IMG/VR virus record: IMGVR_UViG_3300049740_000832
DNA length: 64,000 bases
Direction: 5' to 3' (one strand)
Source: a virus
The notes under the pieces are model-generated. The model saw nothing but the letters and a program-made list of their open reading frames with translations, made no database searches and was not told the origin of the DNA. Position numbers and translations under genes: made by a program. Below are positions 1-8,896 of this stretch, piece by piece; position 1 is the first letter of the stretch; each line of letters begins with the position of its first letter.

Positions 1-174
1 GATACCACAGGACTGAAGGTTAAACTCAATGACCCTAAGGCGCGTAAGTCATTCGCTGCCCGTCATAAGTGTGACCAACAGAACGATAAAACTAAGGCTG
101 CATACTGGGCATGTCGTTTGCCTAGATATGCGAAACAACTTGGTCTATCAGGAGGAGGCAGTTTCTTTTGGTAA
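1..174 (+). CDS. 3' end of a conserved T4-like phage protein (partial, 5' end outside window)
   Basis: Frame 1 reads DTTGLKVKLNDPKARKSFAARHKC...AYWACRL...FFW-stop. The RKSF-ARH-C...YW-C pattern is familiar from marine T4-like phages. Not in the ORF track. Confidence 0.7.
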   Translation, partial: DTTGLKVKLNDPKARKSFAARHKCDQQNDKTKAAYWACRLPRYAKQLGLSGGGSFFW

Positions 175-446
175 AACCCTATACGGATATCTTCAGTCCT
201 GACAAATGTGAAAGAGTCAGAACTTTTGGGGAAGATATCCAAGAAATGGATTTGATATGGCATCGTGACTCCTGTAATCGTGAGGTTACTGTTCTCGATG
301 GTGATAACTGGAAATTGCAACTAGACAATCAGTTGCCTTTTATTATGGAAAAGGGTCGATTGTATCGCATACCGAAGATGGTCTATCACAGAATCATCAA
401 AGGTAAAGGAGACTTGAGACTGAGAATTTGGGATGAAGTTAATTAA
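168..446 (+). CDS. small cupin-like hypothetical protein
   Basis: WHRD...IPKMVYHRI cupin-like His motifs; overlaps both neighbours. Confidence 0.55.
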   Translation: MVKPYTDIFSPDKCERVRTFGEDIQEMDLIWHRDSCNREVTVLDGDNWKLQLDNQLPFIMEKGRLYRIPKMVYHRIIKGKGDLRLRIWDEVN

Positions 447-1113
447 TGTTCTCTATCGCGGTGGCGGTGGAGGTGAGTTTCTGGGAAGTCTTCTGACGGA
501 ACACAGTGATGTTGTTACAAAGAAGGTGGAACATGATGAATCAGTTGAGAGATGGTTTCTAGAGAGAAACGATGAAATCTCTCAATATTATATGGATGGT
601 AGTCAACCTGTATCGGGTAAAGATTGGGATGACACTCTTTGGAACATACGACTAGACCACGGGTATGGTTTTCATGTTCACAAAGAATACTATCGAGACT
701 ATCTTTGGAATGATTGGAGCGAAACAAAGACTATCTTGCTCCAGTCAAGAACAGAGAAGAGTGTTAAATACATAGACCAACTTGCGAGAGCAAAACTTGG
801 TCTAGGACAGAATAATCCTGATGGTCACTGGTTGATTCAGAATGGATTTGATGTTGATAAGTTTTGGAATCGTCCGTGGGAGTCGTGTCAAGAACTGACC
901 GAACTATACAAGAATATGATTCCAGAGGGACATGATTGGATTGGGGTTGACCCATACGATTTGTTCCATAATGATGAAGAGTGGTCAGAGAATGTTCTCT
1001 ATACCATTATAAATTATTTAGGACTGGATGACTCTTTATTTGATGAATGGTCGGTAAAAATAGAAAAATATCGAATAAAGAACAAACAACTTATAAATAG
1101 AACTATAGTTTAA
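433..1113 (+). CDS. hypothetical protein, divergent sulfotransferase/P-loop-like fold
   Basis: N-terminal beta strand followed by YRGGGGGEFL loop-helix, similar in layout to the ORFs at 22615 and 23243. Confidence 0.4.
   Translation: MKLINVLYRGGGGGEFLGSLLTEHSDVVTKKVEHDESVERWFLERNDEISQYYMDGSQPVSGKDWDDTLWNIRLDHGYGFHVHKEYYRDYLWNDWSETKTILLQSRTEKSVKYIDQLARAKLGLGQNNPDGHWLIQNGFDVDKFWNRPWESCQELTELYKNMIPEGHDWIGVDPYDLFHNDEEWSENVLYTIINYLGLDDSLFDEWSVKIEKYRIKNKQLINRTIV
1092..1099 (+). promoter_or_regulatory. T4-type late promoter
   Basis: exact TATAAATA upstream of the 1123 ORF. Confidence 0.75.
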
Positions 1114-1122
1114 TGGGAAGAC

Positions 1123-1437
1123 ATGGCTAAGGAAACACAATTAGAACGCCTCGCAAGGATTGAGACAGAATCCTCTGTAAGATTTGACCGTCTTGAAGAT
1201 AAGATAGACAAACTTGCGGATGCATTGATTTCTCTTGCTCGTGTGGAAGAGAAATTATCTAATCTTGAAAGTAATAATCAGAATAATTTCGAGCGCATGA
1301 ATAAATTTTCTAAGAAACTAGACGAGATTGAGAAAAAGGTAGACGATAATGCTCGAACCGTCTCAATCATTAACAAGGTAGTATACCTTATCAGTGCAGC
1401 GATAATCGCTGGTCTGGTTAAATTTATGTGGATGTAA
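1123..1437 (+). CDS. coiled-coil protein with C-terminal transmembrane helix (XhlA/holin-like)
   Basis: heptad-rich body and hydrophobic tail VVYLISAAIIAGLVKFMWM. Confidence 0.55.
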   Translation: MAKETQLERLARIETESSVRFDRLEDKIDKLADALISLARVEEKLSNLESNNQNNFERMNKFSKKLDEIEKKVDDNARTVSIINKVVYLISAAIIAGLVKFMWM

Positions 1438-1449
1438 ACGGAGATAACA

Positions 1450-2652
1450 ATGAGAACATCAGATATGAAAAGATTGGGTGAAGCGTGGGCATCCGTGACA
1501 TCCAAGAAACAACAAGGTTACACAGAAGAAGAAATTCGTGAACTGTGTCATTCAAAAGACCACAACTGTGCAATCACAGTCAACCACCCTGAATGGGGTC
1601 TTGGAAAACCTGTCTATGAATCACACGCGATTCCTACAGACGATGGTTTTGTTGAGTGGTATGATGTCCAGTTCAAACATGGTATCGAGGAACGTGTCCC
1701 TGTCGCCGACATGGAAGTCATCGAAGAATCCAGTCATACGAAGAAAGATAAAAAGAAAACTGATGAAGGTAATGCCTTCACAGCAGCATTGCAAGCCGCC
1801 AAAGAAAAAGGTGATGATACATTTGTTGTTGCCGGTAAAAAATATGATGTGAAAACAGAAGAAGCAAGACTTGCAAAAGAAGACGCTTCTAATGATAAGT
1901 CAGATGACGGTGATGGTCTTGATAAGGCCGACCCAAAGGCTGCTAAGAAGAAATTCAAAGACCGTAAAGACAAAGACATCGACAATGATGGCGATGTTGA
2001 TGACTCTGATGAATTCTTACACAAACGCCGTAAAGCAATCGGTAAAGCGATGGCAAAAGATGAAGAAAACGGCGAAGAAGAGAATGGTGGCGAAGAAGAC
2101 GGCGAAGAAAAGAAAGATATGCCAAAGGTCGCTGGTAAAAAAGATGACAAGAAGAAAGTTGCATCTAACGCCAAGACTGCGGAAATCAGTAAAATCGGTG
2201 AGTCAACTGAACAGTTGATTGCGATGCTTGAGACTGCTGCAAAACAACAGAAGTCCAATGCCACCAAACCAGAAGGTATGATGGACAAGGAATCTGGAAA
2301 GTCTAAAGAATTTGCGAATGCTCATAACAAGTCTGACAAGAAAATGGAAGACGATGTAGAAGACGCTAAAGACAAGACTACCAAAGCTGGTCAAGCAACC
2401 AAACCAAAATCTGGTAAACGCCCACAGGACAATGCATCAGGTGATACAAATGTTGTGAAGTCAACCGAAGCGCCTGTCAAAGAAGATACCGCTGATGAAC
2501 TTGTAGCAAAAGCACAAGACATAATCTCTGGTAAGACAATGAGTGAAATTGCTGAACTGGGTCAAAAAGAAAAGAATCCACATGATGCAAGAACAAGAGA
2601 AGCAAGAAAGTTTCTCGAAAGAATGGCAAAACGCCGTGGTTATGTAAAATAA
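1450..2652 (+). CDS. highly charged putative internal head/prohead-core-like protein
   Basis: K/D/E-rich low-complexity sequence; DKDIDNDGDVDDSDEFLHKRRKAI motif typical of marine T4-like late proteins; late operon. Confidence 0.5.
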   Translation: MRTSDMKRLGEAWASVTSKKQQGYTEEEIRELCHSKDHNCAITVNHPEWGLGKPVYESHAIPTDDGFVEWYDVQFKHGIEERVPVADMEVIEESSHTKKDKKKTDEGNAFTAALQAAKEKGDDTFVVAGKKYDVKTEEARLAKEDASNDKSDDGDGLDKADPKAAKKKFKDRKDKDIDNDGDVDDSDEFLHKRRKAIGKAMAKDEENGEEENGGEEDGEEKKDMPKVAGKKDDKKKVASNAKTAEISKIGESTEQLIAMLETAAKQQKSNATKPEGMMDKESGKSKEFANAHNKSDKKMEDDVEDAKDKTTKAGQATKPKSGKRPQDNASGDTNVVKSTEAPVKEDTADELVAKAQDIISGKTMSEIAELGQKEKNPHDARTREARKFLERMAKRRGYVK

Positions 2653-2663
2653 GGATGATAAAG

Positions 2664-2990
2664 ATGACAATTAAAGCCCCTGCTTGGTGTGAAAACGCTA
2701 TCCCTACTGCCCGTGGATGGGAAGACCCTGACACTGGTGAATTGTATGCATCTGGTGGTTTCACCCAAGAACAGATTGATGAGTTCTTTGGTGTTACACC
2801 AGTTGTAGAACAAGTTGAAGTCCCTGTGGAAGTTCAGACATTGACCGAAGCACCTGTTGGTGATAAGTCACTTGATGATATGTCAAAGGTTGAACTTGAA
2901 GCATTGGGTCGCCAACATGGCGTAGAACTTGACCGCCGTAAAAAGAAGTCAACCCTTGTTGAAAGAATGACTGGCATACTGAAAGACTAG
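2664..2990 (+). CDS. hypothetical protein with C-terminal HeH/Rho-N-like domain (possibly Inh-like)
   Basis: LDDMSKVELEALGRQHGVELDRRKKKSTLVERM. Confidence 0.45.
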   Translation: MTIKAPAWCENAIPTARGWEDPDTGELYASGGFTQEQIDEFFGVTPVVEQVEVPVEVQTLTEAPVGDKSLDDMSKVELEALGRQHGVELDRRKKKSTLVERMTGILKD

Positions 2991-3026
2991 ATAGAGGTAA
3001 TATACCCTCTGTTTGGATTTTTCATA

Positions 3027-3383
3027 ATGCAATTAACAAAAGATAATTTAATAGTATACGCTGCGAAGCACTATTATAATCCTAAATGTATCGACAGTGA
3101 GGAGTTTTTTGAGGACTTAAAAAGATTTAAGTATATCAAAAGACTTCTCAATCGATACAAAACTACAGGTGAGTTGTCTGAAAGACTCATCATTAATCAT
3201 CTCATAGTAATTTTCAACGTATTTGGTCATGAGGCAGGACTAGACATCCTCGAACTCAAGATTGAACTCGACCATTGGGAAACACTCAAACCATTTCTTA
3301 TCTTTCTCAAGGCAATCAAAAACGATATGTATACCAATATTGAAATGGATAAATTAGTCATTGAAAGACTTCGAAACATATAA
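3027..3383 (+). CDS. conserved T4-like hypothetical protein
   Basis: YYNP-C...EEFFEDLKRFKYIKRL...NHLIVIFNVFG, widely conserved in marine T4-like phages. Confidence 0.7.
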   Translation: MQLTKDNLIVYAAKHYYNPKCIDSEEFFEDLKRFKYIKRLLNRYKTTGELSERLIINHLIVIFNVFGHEAGLDILELKIELDHWETLKPFLIFLKAIKNDMYTNIEMDKLVIERLRNI

Positions 3384-3386
3384 ATA
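3379..3386 (+). promoter_or_regulatory. T4-type late promoter
   Basis: TATAAATA, 5 nt before ATG 3392. Confidence 0.75.
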
Positions 3387-3391
3387 GAACT

Positions 3392-3991
3392 ATGGGTATA
3401 TTAAAGTCAGCAGCAGACCTCGTTTATACGATTCGATTCCTGAAACTTCTCGTAACACCATTCGAGAAGATGGGTGCGTATAAGGCAGGCATCATCGATG
3501 CAGATGGTAAGAAGAATCCAGACTTCAACACTTTGAAGACTGATGACCGTGAGGCATATAGAACACACTATACTCCCTTCATCAGACTTGTTATCAATCT
3601 AAAAAGAATAATGGCAAAGGCGCCAGGCGGTCAATCTGTCATTGCACGTTATGGTGCAGCACTCGCACTCATACGAGAACATGGTGAATTATCAGATGAT
3701 AGAGTGATGCAAATTCACGAAGAAACGGGGATTGATATTCTAGATGTTCTGGTTGAGGACTCCCAGTGGTTTGTGATTGATAATAATGAACTATCGCCAG
3801 GCATATACCGAATGAGATACGATACACTAACTGTTCAATGTGAAGATGTCGTAAAGAAGGATGATAAGATTCGTGTTGTTGAGACCGATGCATCTCCGAT
3901 TGATGAAATTTTAGGTATCAACATATACAAGGGTATCCACGAAAACTCTAAACAGTGGGTATACTTTTCGACAGGGGAGATTACCCGATGA
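3392..3991 (+). CDS. conserved T4-like hypothetical late protein
   Basis: RFLKLLVTPF...AYKAGIIDADGK motif; late promoter. Confidence 0.65.
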   Translation: MGILKSAADLVYTIRFLKLLVTPFEKMGAYKAGIIDADGKKNPDFNTLKTDDREAYRTHYTPFIRLVINLKRIMAKAPGGQSVIARYGAALALIREHGELSDDRVMQIHEETGIDILDVLVEDSQWFVIDNNELSPGIYRMRYDTLTVQCEDVVKKDDKIRVVETDASPIDEILGINIYKGIHENSKQWVYFSTGEITR

Positions 3992-4155
3992 AGAGTTTTA
4001 GAGAATTTATGGGCACATCTGCGGTTGCGGGTGCGGGAGAAAATCCAGAAAAGATTGTCCCTGTCCATATGAAAAAGAAAAAGAAGAAGGATATTGAAGT
4101 CCTCAAAAGATTTATAGATAAACGTGAAGAAAGTAAAACATATTGGAGTAAATAA
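3988..4155 (+). CDS. small basic late protein
   Basis: ATGA overlap with the upstream stop; GGGGAG RBS; begins MKSFREFM. Confidence 0.55.
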   Translation: MKSFREFMGTSAVAGAGENPEKIVPVHMKKKKKKDIEVLKRFIDKREESKTYWSK

Positions 4156-4613
4156 TGTTAAGTGGATTATTAGGTAGTGTGTTAGGGTTTGGTGGTTCGG
4201 TTGTCCCTGCTATCACAGACCATTTCAAACAAAAAGGTCAACAGAAGTTTGAACTAGAAAAAATGAAAACTATGGCAGAACTGCGTAAAGCAGGGTTCGA
4301 CCATGAGTTAAGGGCATGGGAAGCACAGGCCGCAGATAATGAACATGATAGGTTAATTCAACATGATATCTCTATTAATCAAGGCACAGGGTTTATTGCT
4401 GGTTTACAGAAGTCAGTTCGCCCTATTATCACATACTGTTTTTTTGGGTTGTTTGCTGTTATTGAGATAACACTCCTAATGGAGGCATTAGAGAAGGGAA
4501 CAGACTTCGCTGATGCAATTAATATTCTCTGGGATGACGATACAAAAGCAATCTTCGCTGCCATTATCTCGTTCTGGTTTGGTTCTCGTGCGATTGATAA
4601 GGCTCGTAGATAA
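4155..4613 (+). CDS. holin-like membrane protein (GTA 3TM holin-like)
   Basis: N-terminal hydrophobic segment, VRPIITY TM helix, and IFAAIISFWFGSR C-terminal signature. Confidence 0.65.
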   Translation: MLSGLLGSVLGFGGSVVPAITDHFKQKGQQKFELEKMKTMAELRKAGFDHELRAWEAQAADNEHDRLIQHDISINQGTGFIAGLQKSVRPIITYCFFGLFAVIEITLLMEALEKGTDFADAINILWDDDTKAIFAAIISFWFGSRAIDKARR

Positions 4614-5293
4614 TGAATAAAATATTCTTAGTTTTATTAACAACACTGGTTACTGCTTGTGTTGTTTGGTCAGGGCCTGCATTCGGTAAGAACTATATCA
4701 AACTTGGTTACAAAGTAGAAGATAGTAATACCAAGAGTTTCAATCTACATCAAAAGTTTATATGGGAGCCTGAAGGTAAAGACTTTCAGATTGAAACTGA
4801 AACCAATGTCTATAAAACTTCAGTGAATGGTGAAGACCTTACTGACCGCGCAGATGGTGAGTATGAGTTTATTCTTAATTTCACACCAAGACATTATGGT
4901 ATTGCAAACTTTGGTTTTAACTACAATGCCAATCGTTTGATGGCAGAGTTCCGGCCGCATACAGGTGTGGGATGGGGATATAAGTTCTTCCGCAACGATA
5001 AATGGAAGATGTCTCATGAGTTCACCATCACACAGATGGGAACTGAGGACTATACAGAACTCGTTTGGCGAAACTCTACTTGGATTAGATACAAACACCC
5101 TGACTCTCCTATCAGTATCACTAACAAGTATTTGTGGGAAAATGGTGACTATCATGAGTTGACCAAGAATCAGTTCAGTATCGATTACCATGTCAGTAAG
5201 AATTTAATGTTCTCTCTCAACGACCTTTATATCAGCGATGATTCCGAAGAAGAATATAGTGTGACCTATATTTCACTTGGTTACAATTTTTGA
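4613..5293 (+). CDS. outer-membrane beta-barrel protein (DUF481/YdiY-like)
   Basis: Sec signal peptide, amphipathic beta strands, GVGWGYKF, C-terminal YISLGYNF beta-signal. Confidence 0.65.
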   Translation: MNKIFLVLLTTLVTACVVWSGPAFGKNYIKLGYKVEDSNTKSFNLHQKFIWEPEGKDFQIETETNVYKTSVNGEDLTDRADGEYEFILNFTPRHYGIANFGFNYNANRLMAEFRPHTGVGWGYKFFRNDKWKMSHEFTITQMGTEDYTELVWRNSTWIRYKHPDSPISITNKYLWENGDYHELTKNQFSIDYHVSKNLMFSLNDLYISDDSEEEYSVTYISLGYNF

Positions 5294-5303
5294 TAAAAAA
5301 AGT

Positions 5304-5332
5304 TTGACTTTTCCGCCCATTTAGGGTATAAT
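5304..5332 (+). promoter_or_regulatory. sigma70-type promoter for nrdAB
   Basis: TTGACT-17 nt-TATAAT. Confidence 0.75.
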
Positions 5333-5408
5333 ACTATAATCTGAAAACTCGTCTGGGTATAGATATAACTATCCCCAAACAAAACCTTTGACTCTAAGGA
5401 CACCCTCA

Positions 5409-7394
5409 ATGCCCGTAAAGATTGACCGAAACAAAGATGACATCCTTGCAGAATACGCTGTCGGAATGTTAAAAGATTTCTACCTACTAGATTATGAAGA
5501 TTCACCACAGGAAGGTTTTGCAAGAGCAGCAAGGGCGTGGTCAAAATATAGAGAGGAAATAGATGATGCACTCGCACAACGTCTATATGATTATGTTAGT
5601 AATAAGCATTTTATGTTTGCTAGTCCAGTATTATCTAACGCTCCCAACGGAAAGAAAAAAGACAAAGGGATGCCTATCTCTTGTTTCCTCACATATGTCC
5701 CCGATACTCTTGAGGGTCTTATTAGCCATTCTAGTGAGCTTCGGTGGCTTTCTGTTTACGGTGGCGGTGTTGGCGGACATTGGTCTAGTGTGCGAACGGT
5801 CAGTGACATTGCGCCAGGGCCAATCCCATTTCTGCATACGGTAGATGCAGACATGATTGCTTACCGTCAGGGTAAGACACGCAAGGGTTCTTATGCCGCA
5901 TATATGGATATCTCACATCCTGACGTTGTAGAATTTATGAACATGAGAATTCCTACAGGTGATGTGCAAAGAAAGGCGTTGAACCTTCATAACGCTATAA
6001 ATATAACTGATGAGTTCATGGAGTGTGTCAGAGAAGACAAAGACTTTGACCTTCGTGACCCAAAGAATAGTGAAGTAAAAGAAACAGTTAATGCTCGTAA
6101 GTTGTGGGAACGTCTCCTTGAGATTCGTTTTCGAACAGGTGAACCTTATCTTAACTTCATAGATACGGCAAACAATGCGTTACCGCAACCGTTAAAAGAT
6201 AAAGGACTAAAGATTCACGGGTCAAACCTGTGTAATGAGATTCACCTACCAACCAGCGCAGACAGAACTGCGGTGTGTTGCCTGTCATCTCTGAATTTAG
6301 AATACTACGATGAATGGAAAGATACAACTATTGTGCGTGACCTTGTTAGGATGCTCGATAATGTCTTGCAATACTTTATCGACAACGCACCCGACACCAT
6401 TGCCAGAGCAAAATACAGTGCAGCAAGAGAACGGTCAATCGGACTTGGAGCAATGGGATTCCACAGTCTCCTCCAAAAACATGGAGTCGCATGGGAGTCC
6501 GAAGCCGCAAGAGAAATCAACCGAACCGTGTTTGACCACATTAAATCAGAAGCAGTTGCAGAAACTGAACTCCTTGCCCAAGAACGTGGTGAATATCCTG
6601 ATGGCGATGGGTCTGGAAGGCGCAACTCACACTTGCTTGCCATTGCGCCCAACGCAAGTTCAGGAATAATTCTATCAACAAGTCCTTCTATCGAACCGCT
6701 GAAGGCAAATGCATATACTCATCGAACTCGTGCGGGTTCATTCTTGGTAAAGAACAAATACCTCGAACAACTGCTTGATGAGAGAAGTGAGAACACCGAA
6801 TCCACTTGGACATCTATTATTACCAAGAAAGGTTCTGTTCAACATCTACCGTTCCTTACCGAAGGTGAGAAGGCAGTATTCAAGACCGCAGATGAACTTG
6901 ACCAGATGTGGGTGGTGCAACACTCCGCAGAACGTCAACAGTTTGTTTGTCAAGGTCAATCTGTGAACCTGTTCTTCCCGTCTGGTGCGGATAAGTCTTA
7001 TGTAAACAAGGTTCACTATAGTGCATGGGCGAAAGGATTGAAAGGTCTCTATTACCTACGCACCGAATCAAAACAACGGGCAGAGAACGTGTCTGAGAAG
7101 GTAGAACGTGTCGCACTACAAGGTGATATGCGTTCTATCGTCTATGGTAAGTCCGACTGTCCATTCTGTTCTATGGCAAAGGAAGAACTCCGCTTGAGGG
7201 GTATTCCTTTTGATTACATCGACCTGAAAGAGATAGGTAAGACCGCTCGTGAAGTGACAGGCCGAGATGTCAAAACAGTCCCACAGATTTATCTGGAAGG
7301 AGAATATGTGGGCGGATATGAAGAACTTATGGAATACCTAAACAAATCATTAGAAACACAAGAAGACGATGAATGTCGTGCTTGCGAGGGATAA
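5409..7394 (+). CDS. nrdA: class I ribonucleotide reductase alpha subunit with inserted glutaredoxin domain; no ATP cone
   Basis: FASPVLSN, ISCF, SNLCNEI, IAPNAS, GLYYLR motifs; CPFC...TVPQI...GGYEEL Grx domain; terminal CRAC. Confidence 0.95.
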   Translation: MPVKIDRNKDDILAEYAVGMLKDFYLLDYEDSPQEGFARAARAWSKYREEIDDALAQRLYDYVSNKHFMFASPVLSNAPNGKKKDKGMPISCFLTYVPDTLEGLISHSSELRWLSVYGGGVGGHWSSVRTVSDIAPGPIPFLHTVDADMIAYRQGKTRKGSYAAYMDISHPDVVEFMNMRIPTGDVQRKALNLHNAINITDEFMECVREDKDFDLRDPKNSEVKETVNARKLWERLLEIRFRTGEPYLNFIDTANNALPQPLKDKGLKIHGSNLCNEIHLPTSADRTAVCCLSSLNLEYYDEWKDTTIVRDLVRMLDNVLQYFIDNAPDTIARAKYSAARERSIGLGAMGFHSLLQKHGVAWESEAAREINRTVFDHIKSEAVAETELLAQERGEYPDGDGSGRRNSHLLAIAPNASSGIILSTSPSIEPLKANAYTHRTRAGSFLVKNKYLEQLLDERSENTESTWTSIITKKGSVQHLPFLTEGEKAVFKTADELDQMWVVQHSAERQQFVCQGQSVNLFFPSGADKSYVNKVHYSAWAKGLKGLYYLRTESKQRAENVSEKVERVALQGDMRSIVYGKSDCPFCSMAKEELRLRGIPFDYIDLKEIGKTAREVTGRDVKTVPQIYLEGEYVGGYEELMEYLNKSLETQEDDECRACEG

Positions 7395-7398
7395 AAAA

Positions 7399-8361
7399 AT
7401 GTCATTACTAGATTTTTCAAAAACATACCGGCCGTTCCTCTACCCGTGGGCAGTGGAACTATCAAAGAAACACGAAGAGATACACTGGATTGAAGACGAA
7501 GCAGAACTGTCCGAAGACGTTCAGGATTGGAAGACTAAACTGAGTGAACCAGAGAAGAACTTTATCACACAGGTTCTCCGTCTGTTTACACAATCAGATG
7601 TTCAAGTTGGTGAGAACTACCACGAACTTCTGATTCCAAAGTTCAAGAATAATGAAGTCCGTAATATGTTATCATCGTTTGCGGGTCGAGAAGCAGTTCA
7701 CCAACGTGCATATGCATTGTTGAATGATACTCTGGGTCTGCCTGATGAGGACTTCCATATGTTCCTCGAATACAAAGAGATGTCCGACAAGATTGACTTC
7801 ATGAAACAGGGTGACATCAACAGTCATACGGGTCTGGCATTGGCCCTCGCACAGTCTGTATTCAACGAAGGTCTGTCAGTGTTCGCATCGTTTGTGATGT
7901 TGTTGAACTTCCAACGGTATGGTAAGATGAAGGGTATGGGAACAATTGTTGAGTGGTCTATTCGTGACGAGACTCTGCATGTTCAGGGTAACGCGAAACT
8001 ATTCCGTGAGTTCTGTGAAGAACATCCGCGCATCGTGAACGATGAACTGAAATCTAAAATCTATCAGATGGCAAAAGATGTAGTCAAACTCGAAGACCGT
8101 TTCATCAAACTTGCTTTTGATGGTATGGAGATGGAAGGTCTGACCGAAGAGGATGTCAAACAATATATCCGTCACATCGCAGACCGTAGACTCCTACAAC
8201 TTGGTATGAAACCAAAGTTTGGTGTCAAGGATAATCCCCTACCGTGGTTAGACTGGGTATTAAATGGTGCATCGCATGACAACTTCTTCGAGAAACGTGT
8301 TACCGAATACTCTGTAAATGGTATGGAAGGTGACTGGGGTTGGGATGAAGTTGCAGCATAA
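7399..8361 (+). CDS. nrdB: class Ia ribonucleotide reductase beta subunit
   Basis: FTQSD, EAVHQRAY (radical Tyr), EG..FASF, IRDETLH, NFFEKRVTEY. Confidence 0.95.
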   Translation: MSLLDFSKTYRPFLYPWAVELSKKHEEIHWIEDEAELSEDVQDWKTKLSEPEKNFITQVLRLFTQSDVQVGENYHELLIPKFKNNEVRNMLSSFAGREAVHQRAYALLNDTLGLPDEDFHMFLEYKEMSDKIDFMKQGDINSHTGLALALAQSVFNEGLSVFASFVMLLNFQRYGKMKGMGTIVEWSIRDETLHVQGNAKLFREFCEEHPRIVNDELKSKIYQMAKDVVKLEDRFIKLAFDGMEMEGLTEEDVKQYIRHIADRRLLQLGMKPKFGVKDNPLPWLDWVLNGASHDNFFEKRVTEYSVNGMEGDWGWDEVAA

Positions 8362-8477
8362 TGGACGAATCGTATGAACTCGAATGTGAAGTTTGTGACC
8401 ATCGAACTGAAGTCCTAGTTTACGATAGCGAGGAAGAGCCCTCATTCTGCCCTATGTGCGGAACACCAATATCATAA
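8361..8477 (+). CDS. 38-aa zinc-ribbon/rubredoxin-like protein
   Basis: MDESYELECEVCDH...FCPMCGTPIS with two CxxC pairs; TAATG coupling to nrdB; below ORF-track cutoff. Confidence 0.7.
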   Translation: MDESYELECEVCDHRTEVLVYDSEEEPSFCPMCGTPIS

Positions 8478-8491
8478 CCATATATACATTC

Positions 8492-8896
8492 ATGTGGATG
8501 TATGAAAATAAAGTATTTGAACCAGTAGACGAATTCCTTGAAGAATATCAGGGGTTCGTCTACTGTATTACAAATCTACAGAACGGTAAAAAGTATATTG
8601 GTAAAAAGTTTTTCTGGAAACCCAAAGTGTTACCCAAGACAAAAACCAGAAAGAGAAAAGTGAGGACAAGAGTCCAGTCTGATTGGCAAAGTTACCACGG
8701 GTCTTCTGGCGCCGTTCTAGACCTATTAGAACAGGGTGTTTCCTTCAATCGAGAGATACTACGACTTTGTAAGACTAAAGGTGAATGTTCTTACTATGAG
8801 GCAAAACTGCAATTTGAAAATGACGTATTGTTAAATGATGACTACTACAATGAATTCATCGGGTGTAAAATACACTCAAGACATCTTAAATCGTGA
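8492..8896 (+). CDS. short GIY-YIG family protein
   Basis: GFVY...KKYIGKK...YHGSS...YYEAKLQ...YYN. Confidence 0.8.
   Translation: MWMYENKVFEPVDEFLEEYQGFVYCITNLQNGKKYIGKKFFWKPKVLPKTKTRKRKVRTRVQSDWQSYHGSSGAVLDLLEQGVSFNREILRLCKTKGECSYYEAKLQFENDVLLNDDYYNEFIGCKIHSRHLKS

Noticed and set aside
1734-2288. Long antisense and alternate-frame ORFs in the track (e.g. 1734-2288, 11062-11661, 32983-33507, 39183-39650, and those within 60-64 kb)
   Set aside because: They shadow well-supported genes, lack RBS or motifs, and reflect codon bias of the real strand.
2993-3014. AGAGG/CCTCT hairpin as a terminator
   Set aside because: The stem is short and the U-tract weak; plausible but not supportable.
5331-5380. 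Possible NrdR boxes or hairpin upstream of nrdA
   Set aside because: Only a partial match to the NrdR consensus and no clear tandem pair; the weak GGGTATAG/CTATCCC stem is not enough support.
8492-8896. GIY-YIG ORF as a mobile homing endonuclease or intron marker next to nrdB
   Set aside because: It is only about 134 aa with no DNA-binding tail, nrdA and nrdB are uninterrupted, and it fits the short conserved GIY-YIG family of T4-like phages.
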